Shown piece by piece: positions 51,875 to 59,572 of a DNA stretch of 64,000 bases (positions within the stretch are counted from its first letter, which is position 1; each line of letters starts with the position of its first letter). Under the pieces are notes generated by a model that was not told the DNA's origin, did not search any database, and saw only the letters and a list, made by a program, of their open reading frames with translations. The position numbers were made by a program, and so were the translations under genes. This DNA comes from Botryllus schlosseri. Lineage: Eukaryota. Location of the stretch: assembly GCA_051294905.1 (NCBI GenBank), contig CM119373.1, forward strand, positions 560,001 through 624,000, in the 5' to 3' direction.

Positions 51875-54739
51875 ATGCTAAAATTATTCAAAAAAAGGAA
51901 TAAGTCGTCGAAGGCGGCAGGCGAGCTCGAGCAGGGCATCAAGCTACTGAAAGCAACACAAAAACGCCACGAAGACGTCAGACAACAAGAAAGACAGATG
52001 GCAAAAGACGTGGCTGAACAAACGAAGGTACTAAAAGAAGTCAAATCAACACTGCCCGAGACAATGAAGGGGCTGGAAAAGGCCAAGAAAGAAGTCAGGC
52101 GAGCTCAAGCCGACCTCAAAGCAGTATGCGACGCGACTTCGAAGGTTAGCGGGAAAGTCTCCACTGAAGTCCTCAGTGAGATTCTGAAATCGGAATTTGA
52201 ACTGGGCAAAGCCCATGCCCAAGTGGTTGGAGATAAACCACCACCACCTTCTTCCCTGTCCGTAATGGCTACAACACCTCCCCCGGCGTATGATCCACCC
52301 GTTGGGAAATCGTCCAGGGCAACAGCGCCACTACCCACGTTTACAGTCCAAAAGGGCCTGGATTGCCATACCGTAACTACAGTCTACCCTACGTTGCCCG
52401 GTTCCAAGCCGAGGTCGCTATCAGATTCTCATCCAAAAACGACTCCATGTTTTCCGGTTTGGAATGGAACACGCCCCGAAAGACGAAGGGGGAACCCAGT
52501 CGATACACCCAGTCTATTTCAGCTGAGTAGAACCGGAACAGACACTGGACCAGATTCAGACGAGGACTATGCGCACGCTCGAGAACGGCTCGGAGCATGG
52601 CTCGACGATCAACGAGCAGCCGAAGGAACCCGGACCAGGACACAAGGTGCGGCCAGCACTCCAACAAGGCGCGTTACCTTTCAGGAAGGGAGAACGAACT
52701 ACCGACAAGGCGAAAGCGAAGAGCCCGAAGATTCGGGGGAAGATACTGACGCCCAATTGGACAGACTAGGCAGACAAATAGCGGAGGCACGGGAGGCCAT
52801 TCGGGAAACCACGCGGACGCTTCAGCGGGACTCTGGTCGGCCCAACCCAAGCGAACCCGCAGAGGATATGTCGGACATTGCTGAATACCTCAGATTACCT
52901 CGATACGCATCTACCCCAAGAGAAAGCGAAGGTAGATCGAGACTTCCGCGAGAACAACCGCCAAATGATGCCGTGAACCCGGTGTTGACTACGCCCGAAA
53001 GGTTCCAGTCGGAAAAGGAGATGCTGCAGCTAATGATGGACCCTGGGGATATGCCACTTCTAAAGTGGATGGCTAATACGATGAGACGTATACGACACGG
53101 TGAGGGCGGCACTGATACTGATATCATCCTGGCTAATGCCATGCAGAAGAAGTTGAGAAGTGCGGGTCGCCTCAAACAAGCTAATCAGCTAGGGAATTTC
53201 TTCAACACCAACTCGGGAAATGCAAAATGGGTCTCGGTCATGAAATCATTGTCGCTATCCAACCCGCAAGGCTTGGTAAACAATGAAAAGGTCATCAACG
53301 ATTTCCGAAGGAACTATCAGTGGGAAGACGAACCTCTTCCGCTGTTGAATAGCGCCCTAAAACAACTAGAGATAGATATGGAAGCTGAAATCAAAGAAAA
53401 TCCGGATGGGCTGCGACTCTTCCGCAACCTAAGGCAACGATTACCAGAAGCACTTAGGCTGCTGATGCGGGGATGGGATAGCAGGTCCTGGCAAGAGGTG
53501 GCGGAGGATTTACAGCTGTACTGGAATTCTGAGTTTTTGGATGAACAAGAGGTACGTCCCACCGCTCGAGAGACCAGAAAAACGCGTGAAACAATGTCAC
53601 CCCTACCACCTGTGCACATATATAATGTTCAGCCTACAGGACCCATGATGCACAGTTACCCTACTCACGGGGGTGGAAATGGACGAATAAACACCCCTTC
53701 CCCACCGACTACACCGTCACTTCCAATGGTGCAACCACCCTCACCCCAACAACCTCCGCACATGATCGGGGGGACACCACCCAGACCGTCGGGGAATATG
53801 TCGCCACAGCAGCCCGTCGGCGTCGGGCAAGCGTCGCAGCCACGACGTGGCCCTCCTCGCGGCGCAAAGACCAACCGTTTTCCTACCAATGTAATGAGTG
53901 GAAATAGGTTTGGCAGACAGGGCCCGGCTCCCAGGGCCAAATCTTCCCGAACACAAAATGGGCGCAACGCATCGAATGGACCCAACGTTCCACCAACACG
54001 GAACTCCAGATCTCCTCAAACAAGTCAGGGGCCAAGTACTTCGAACCGGAGACCTCGGATGGTGAATACGCAGGACTCTGGAATTGGCGGGGACAGCCAG
54101 GAAATCACGCCGGCTAGCAGTCAGGAAGCCCTCCGCATCGCGGAGAGCCAAGGTGAGAGGTATAATTTTCTTGGGAACCCCAACATTTTCGCCCCTCTAG
54201 GCTTGTATCTGAACCCCCCTCAGGGGCAGTCCTTATCCGTATGTTATTATTGTAAGGCCCCGGGACACCAATCCCGTAATTGCGTGGCAAAATTCGTGCT
54301 TTGGCTAAATGAGGAGGTGATTGCCAAGGATGATACTTTAGGTTGGGTAGTTCGCAAACGAATACGACCGGTACCTCCGCGCGTAAAGGAGTCCACAAAA
54401 CGCAACTGGGAGCCTTTCCTTGCAAGGAATAACATATTGACGGTCCCGGATCTCGACCGGTACCTTGCCACCCAAGGTTCTCCCTCTCTGACACAGAGAA
54501 CTGCCTTGTGCGAGGCCTATTATGACTCTAGGCCAAAAAACAGAGATAGAACCCACTGGCATGATAGGGACCAATGGGGTCCTCAGGGACCGGCTGTACA
54601 ACCGAACCAGGGCAATAGCCGAGTGGCCTGGACGGAACCGCTATATCGTCGTCCTCCACGTCGCTATGACGCCTCGCACTGGACGGATGAGGAACTTGAA
54701 CAAGGCTTGAGACTCTCAAAAAACGACTGGGGGTGCTGA
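51875..54739 (+). CDS. gag: Gag-like polyprotein (~954 aa from ATG)
   Basis: Basic N-terminus, coiled coil, PPxY late-domain-like PPPAY, helical capsid-like middle, Pro/Arg-rich linker and CCHC knuckle CYYCKAPGHQSRNC. Directly precedes pol. Confidence 0.85.
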   Translation: MLKLFKKRNKSSKAAGELEQGIKLLKATQKRHEDVRQQERQMAKDVAEQTKVLKEVKSTLPETMKGLEKAKKEVRRAQADLKAVCDATSKVSGKVSTEVLSEILKSEFELGKAHAQVVGDKPPPPSSLSVMATTPPPAYDPPVGKSSRATAPLPTFTVQKGLDCHTVTTVYPTLPGSKPRSLSDSHPKTTPCFPVWNGTRPERRRGNPVDTPSLFQLSRTGTDTGPDSDEDYAHARERLGAWLDDQRAAEGTRTRTQGAASTPTRRVTFQEGRTNYRQGESEEPEDSGEDTDAQLDRLGRQIAEAREAIRETTRTLQRDSGRPNPSEPAEDMSDIAEYLRLPRYASTPRESEGRSRLPREQPPNDAVNPVLTTPERFQSEKEMLQLMMDPGDMPLLKWMANTMRRIRHGEGGTDTDIILANAMQKKLRSAGRLKQANQLGNFFNTNSGNAKWVSVMKSLSLSNPQGLVNNEKVINDFRRNYQWEDEPLPLLNSALKQLEIDMEAEIKENPDGLRLFRNLRQRLPEALRLLMRGWDSRSWQEVAEDLQLYWNSEFLDEQEVRPTARETRKTRETMSPLPPVHIYNVQPTGPMMHSYPTHGGGNGRINTPSPPTTPSLPMVQPPSPQQPPHMIGGTPPRPSGNMSPQQPVGVGQASQPRRGPPRGAKTNRFPTNVMSGNRFGRQGPAPRAKSSRTQNGRNASNGPNVPPTRNSRSPQTSQGPSTSNRRPRMVNTQDSGIGGDSQEITPASSQEALRIAESQGERYNFLGNPNIFAPLGLYLNPPQGQSLSVCYYCKAPGHQSRNCVAKFVLWLNEEVIAKDDTLGWVVRKRIRPVPPRVKESTKRNWEPFLARNNILTVPDLDRYLATQGSPSLTQRTALCEAYYDSRPKNRDRTHWHDRDQWGPQGPAVQPNQGNSRVAWTEPLYRRPPRRYDASHWTDEELEQGLRLSKNDWGC

Positions 54740-54761
54740 TTGATCCGGTAAATCAGCTCCC
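54718..54761 (+). promoter_or_regulatory. -1 ribosomal frameshift signal (gag-pol)
   Basis: A_AAA_AAC at 54718-54724 in the gag frame, a 6-nt spacer, then stem GGGuGCUGAUU/AAUCAGCuCCC (54731-54761). Pol is in the -1 frame and open from 54711. Confidence 0.85.
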
Positions 54762-57700
54762 AGACAATTTGTTACCCCAACACGCAAAAACTGTACATAA
54801 TGCTTCTTTACCCCTATTTACATTTCTTGATACACCGGATAACCCACTACAGCCAGACTTTACGGAATTATTCGGCGGTCGGCTCTTGTATTTGGTTGAC
54901 ACCATAACGGGAACTAAATTCTTGGCCGACACGGGAAGCATCCCCAATTTAATAATGAAAAATGATGTAAAAACCATGTATCCCAAGAGCTGGGAGGAAC
55001 GGCAACCCTTAGATATGAAATCACGCGGTATAGGGGGCTCTTCCCACGTTGACTCCTTGGTAATTATTGAATTCGATGGACTACCGGTTCCATTTGCGAC
55101 CGGGAAAGGAGTCCCTCTCAATATTATTGGGTTGAAATGGATTGATCAGGTACAACAATTACCGAACATAGCGACTGAATTTAAAACTCCGTCTAATGCA
55201 AACGAAGAGTTGTCTTTAGTAACACTACATGACGAGATCTCGTGCGATCAACGGGATGGAACCAGAGTCGGAAACAGTCCTTGCAACGCTGCTACCGACG
55301 ATGGGTTGATGGAAGCTGCGAAACAGATAAGCGTCGAGTCGGCGCGCCGGTCATCATCGCCGGCCGTCGCCGCTGGCGCAAGTGTCGAGATGGCAATCGC
55401 CACTGGCGCGGACGACGGGTTGGTAAATACCACTAACGTCGAAAAAAACCTACGGGAAACCCCTAGTGTTGGGACAGGTAGCTCTGCTGGCACTAGGCAA
55501 GAGAGTGTCGGGTCAGGTCGCCCTGCTGGCACTAACCAAAGACGTGTCGAGACAGGAATCCCTGCTGGCACCATTAATGAAGACGTCGAGCGCGGAATCC
55601 CGGCTGACGTAAATAAGGACCTGCACGAGAAAACTGGTCCTGAAAGCTCACGTGGATGCACTTGTTCGAATAACTGTAACAATTCGGCCCAAAGATGCAT
55701 GACGACAGCCACAGTTATGAGTAATTTCCCAAAAGGTTCAAACGAAGCAGCTATTGTCGGTCAACCGGACGCATGTCCAGGCGCATCCGACAAGGAGTCT
55801 GGGGATTTTAAGATGCGCGTCTCCCCAGAAACAGGGCCCCCGGCGGAGAATGAGTCCGTCGGCGTGACGGTAGGTGTGGGCACGCACCGAGCTCAGAGGT
55901 CAGATTGGATAGGTAGGGAATCCCCGCTGACAACGAAGAACCTCGCCCTCTCTCCACCAACACCAAAACCCCGTTTATCACGTGATTCGCATCGGCCGAT
56001 AACTGGTCCTCTTACCACGTACACATTACAACAAGGCACCAGTCCCAGCGTTAAGACGGAACTCGAAAGTCTCTGTGCACAATCGGTAGCACTGGCAAAG
56101 CTTCCATACAAACCTCCTGATCTAACGACCCCGGAAAATACCATCATTGCCGACGAAGTTTGGAAAGCCGTCTATGAGCCTTTCGCAGCTGAACTAGAGG
56201 ACCTGCGTGGCCACTTACGAGCCCCTCAAGCCATGAAGTATAAGTGTGACATAGAACTCAGGGATCCCTCGACTAAGCCTTTTGTTTCTGGACCTTATAA
56301 TCTGAAAGGGGAGGGCCAGGCGAAGGCGTTAAAAGAAGCAGTGGACAACTTCTTGGACCTGGGAATAATTGAGCAAGGATTTGCCGAATGGAAACTGGCC
56401 ATCTTTGTCGTCCCACAAAAAATGAATGAAAGACAGAAGCAGGAGGACGGGTGGAAGCAATCATGGAGAGTCGTACAGAATCTCCAGCCCCTGAACGCTG
56501 CTATAAAGTCAATCGAAGTCCCTCCACCCTTAGTACCAGATGTAAAACAACTCGCCCAGGGAAGAGAAGTGCTCTCCCTGCTGGATTTGAAGAAAGCCTA
56601 TTTCCACATGGATATCACGGAAAGATCCAAGCAATATGTGGGGATAGCAATCAAAGGAATGCACGTAAGATGGCGCAAGATGGTGATGGGATTGAAGACC
56701 GCGGTTGCTCTTTGGAGCGCTAACATGCAAGAATGCGTGGTGAAGCCCATCACGGAAAGGTACCGTCAACACATGAAGCAAAATGGCCGATCGGATGAGG
56801 AGAATGCGACGCCTATGGAGGCCTACATAGACGACATTTTCCTTAGCACAAAAACGGTAGAGGACCATTTGCTTCTCCTACGACTGGTATTTGAACAACT
56901 TGCAAAAATGAAATTGACGCTCAGCATCAATAAATGCTTTATTGGAAAACGGAGAGTAAATCTGCTGGGAGCGACCCTGACGGGGAAAGAGATCGAGGTG
57001 CAGCCCGAGAGAATAAGGGCGCTGCGAGAGCTCTCACCACCCCGAAATATATATGAATTACGGGGATGGATCGGCGCTCTACGCTACATCTCGGAGCACA
57101 TCCCAGAGTTGAGCTTGAAGTTGGCAAAATTTGATGCACTAACGGGAAAAGTCCCAGCGACTCGAGGTAAAATGACACCGGTACTTTGGACCGAAGAATT
57201 AATGCAGGACTACAAGACAGCTCAAGCCGCACTCGACAGTACCAAGGTACTGTATCATCTGGATTCAGGACTTCCCATTTTCGTGGAAACTGATGCATCA
57301 GATGTAGGGTTTGGCTCCGTAATTTTTCAAACGGATGTGGGGGAAAAACCCCCTTTCAAGGAGGTGTATCCGGTCGCTTACTACAGTCAAAAGTGGGTAA
57401 CCCCGACGGCTAAAGCCTATGACCCATGCACCAAAGAGCTTAAAGCCCTGAAGGATTCAGTGGAGAAATGGCAGTCGATGCTGCGCGCCTTACCCTTCAC
57501 TATAATTACTGACAACATGGGAGTTTTTGGACTCCTGAAAAGAATGACAGATGAGGCAAAAAACCCGAGCCCAAAGCCATTGATTCAAAGGTGGCTAAAT
57601 CATCTCTCCGGATTCCAGATAAAAGAGGTAATCCATTTGAGCACGTTCCAAGTGTTTACTTCAGATGGATTGTCCCGATCCTATTGGATGGAAATGGCTG

Positions 57701-58266
57701 CTAGAGATGATGACCCTCATGTCTGGGCCACCCTCCCGGGACACAAAGAATCTCAACAAGAGAAAATACAGCGAACCCTGATGTTCCACTGTCGGCACGA
57801 GTATTGCGCAAACTCTGTCGATGGATACCACCCCTGGGAAGAAGTTCGCGGAATAATCAAAGACAAGCTGCGACAAGACCTCGGGATAACTGAAATCGAG
57901 GATATCATGGCCAATTGCGACAGGGCAGTGATGTCCAGTGAAGGCCTGGCTGCAGCGCACGGGCACACCAAAGGGATGCCACCTCCGTACGAAGAGTACC
58001 TGGGCGATGACATGCTGTATCACATAACGACGGATGAAGGTGCCCGTCAAATCATTGATACCCAACTACACAGAATGAACCGACGGTTCATCCATTTGAG
58101 TAAGATTAACACAACGAAAGCACGTGGGCGTAGAACGGTTCTGAGAATGAGGGCGAGCGACCTCAGAAGGATAGGTCTACGACTCTTACAGTCGCATAAT
58201 CACGAGGTAATACTGTGCGAAGGGCCAATACCGTCAGAGTATATACTGATGGAAAACCTGGCCTAG
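54733..58266 (+). CDS. pol: Pol: aspartic protease, long low-complexity linker, reverse transcriptase, RNase H and a C-terminal Tpt1/KptA-like domain; no integrase
   Basis: FLADTGS (PR); LLDLKKAYFH, MVMGLK and AYIDD (Ty3/Gypsy-like RT); VETDASDVGFG, KELKAL, IITDN and DGLSR (RNase H); CRH...HGHT...LYHIT...MNRRFIHLS...IPSEYI (Tpt1-like). Confidence 0.92.
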   Translation: MLIDPVNQLPDNLLPQHAKTVHNASLPLFTFLDTPDNPLQPDFTELFGGRLLYLVDTITGTKFLADTGSIPNLIMKNDVKTMYPKSWEERQPLDMKSRGIGGSSHVDSLVIIEFDGLPVPFATGKGVPLNIIGLKWIDQVQQLPNIATEFKTPSNANEELSLVTLHDEISCDQRDGTRVGNSPCNAATDDGLMEAAKQISVESARRSSSPAVAAGASVEMAIATGADDGLVNTTNVEKNLRETPSVGTGSSAGTRQESVGSGRPAGTNQRRVETGIPAGTINEDVERGIPADVNKDLHEKTGPESSRGCTCSNNCNNSAQRCMTTATVMSNFPKGSNEAAIVGQPDACPGASDKESGDFKMRVSPETGPPAENESVGVTVGVGTHRAQRSDWIGRESPLTTKNLALSPPTPKPRLSRDSHRPITGPLTTYTLQQGTSPSVKTELESLCAQSVALAKLPYKPPDLTTPENTIIADEVWKAVYEPFAAELEDLRGHLRAPQAMKYKCDIELRDPSTKPFVSGPYNLKGEGQAKALKEAVDNFLDLGIIEQGFAEWKLAIFVVPQKMNERQKQEDGWKQSWRVVQNLQPLNAAIKSIEVPPPLVPDVKQLAQGREVLSLLDLKKAYFHMDITERSKQYVGIAIKGMHVRWRKMVMGLKTAVALWSANMQECVVKPITERYRQHMKQNGRSDEENATPMEAYIDDIFLSTKTVEDHLLLLRLVFEQLAKMKLTLSINKCFIGKRRVNLLGATLTGKEIEVQPERIRALRELSPPRNIYELRGWIGALRYISEHIPELSLKLAKFDALTGKVPATRGKMTPVLWTEELMQDYKTAQAALDSTKVLYHLDSGLPIFVETDASDVGFGSVIFQTDVGEKPPFKEVYPVAYYSQKWVTPTAKAYDPCTKELKALKDSVEKWQSMLRALPFTIITDNMGVFGLLKRMTDEAKNPSPKPLIQRWLNHLSGFQIKEVIHLSTFQVFTSDGLSRSYWMEMAARDDDPHVWATLPGHKESQQEKIQRTLMFHCRHEYCANSVDGYHPWEEVRGIIKDKLRQDLGITEIEDIMANCDRAVMSSEGLAAAHGHTKGMPPPYEEYLGDDMLYHITTDEGARQIIDTQLHRMNRRFIHLSKINTTKARGRRTVLRMRASDLRRIGLRLLQSHNHEVILCEGPIPSEYILMENLA

Positions 58267-58353
58267 GATGCGGGGTGACGCAGCCGTCGAGATTTAACTG
58301 CTGGGAAGTGGTCGATCGTTAAAGGAACTTGTACTTTTTTATTTACTTTTCAG

Positions 58354-59315
58354 ACTCCTTCGTCGAGGATTACAATGTGCTGCGATTGGTGGAAATGGGG
58401 GCCTTACCCCATACACGCGATTGCATCCCTTTTTTAAGAAGCCGGGGTCTACTGAGAAAACAAATGATATGCAGAAAATGCTCAAGATGGATGAAGGAAG
58501 AACGGACTACCGAGAGAATTTCGGACGGATGGAGATGGAGGTGCTCTCCTTGTAAAACCACTGCTACTATCCGCAAGTACTCGTTTTTTTCAAAAAGCAA
58601 ACTTGGGTTACCCCAGCTGCTAGTATTAAGTTATTTTTGGGCCCAAGACTCTCTACAAATTCAAATGGCCCATGAGGCCGAGATCAGCGCACGTACGACG
58701 GTAGAATGGTCTGGACAACTGCGCAAGATATGCTCTGCTTACATACAAAGACGTAAACGGAAATTAGGCGGGGTTGGCCGAACTGTAATCCTGGACGAAA
58801 CTCACTTGGCCAAACGGAAGCGGGCAGCTGGTAGCGGCCAACAAGCAGTGAAGGCTGTCTGGGCTTTCGGTGGCCTGGACCGAGGTACCGGTGACATGTT
58901 TGTGGAGATCACATCTGACCGAACAGCGGACGTTCTGAAAAGACTTATAATTAAGAATGTAGCCAGAGGTTCGACCATTCTGACAGATGGCTATCCATCG
59001 TATAAGGGCATTGAAAGTTGGGGGCAGGGCTATAAACATGGATCAGTTGACCACGCCACCACGTTCAAATCTGCCCAAGGCGTTCATACCAATGATTTGG
59101 AGGCATGTTGGGGCTCGCTGAAATATCATTTACACAGGTCGAGGGGTTTAGCACGCCATTTACTAGCCGATTACGTGGGGGAGTGGCTTTGGAAGAGAAG
59201 ATACCCCCGTAAAAAAAGGTTTGGGGCTCTGTTGAGAACGATATCGCTTGACCCACGGTATTGCAATGACGACCCTAGTGATCAGATCCCTGACGCACAA
59301 GGTGATTCTCATTAA
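58354..59315 (+). CDS. IS1595/ISXO2-family (Merlin-type) DDE transposase, probably expressed from a spliced RNA (first in-frame ATG 58395)
   Basis: Zn ribbon CRKC...WRCSPC, RKYSFFSKSKL, catalytic ILDET / ILTDGYPSY / HTNDLEACW, H..VDH and Y..EWLWK. Preceded by the acceptor tttttttatttacttttcag ending at 58353. Confidence 0.9.
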
Positions 59316-59431
59316 AGCCCAGAGAAGCCTTTAGCAACAAAGAAAGGAAGTTAACAACAGACCGGACAATGTATGTTTCTATTTTTTTGCAGACAATAAT
59401 TAAATCATATTCAATATAAGATAATAAGCTT

Positions 59432-59572
59432 ATGCATTGGGGACCGACGCCTATACCGTCTCAATGGACTACGCTATTTATATTCTGCCTGTCGTTATTG
59501 GTTTCAGTTGCACACCTGATTGCTTGTTGTCTGAGGCGGCGGGCTTCGTGCCGAGATCCGGAGATACTGTAG
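59432..59572 (+). CDS. 46-aa single-pass membrane peptide overlapping the env start (not in ORF track)
   Basis: First ATG after the acceptor at 59392: MHWGPTPIPSQWTTLFIFCLSLLVSVAHLIACCLRRRASCRDPEIL*. Confidence 0.4.
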   Translation: MHWGPTPIPSQWTTLFIFCLSLLVSVAHLIACCLRRRASCRDPEIL

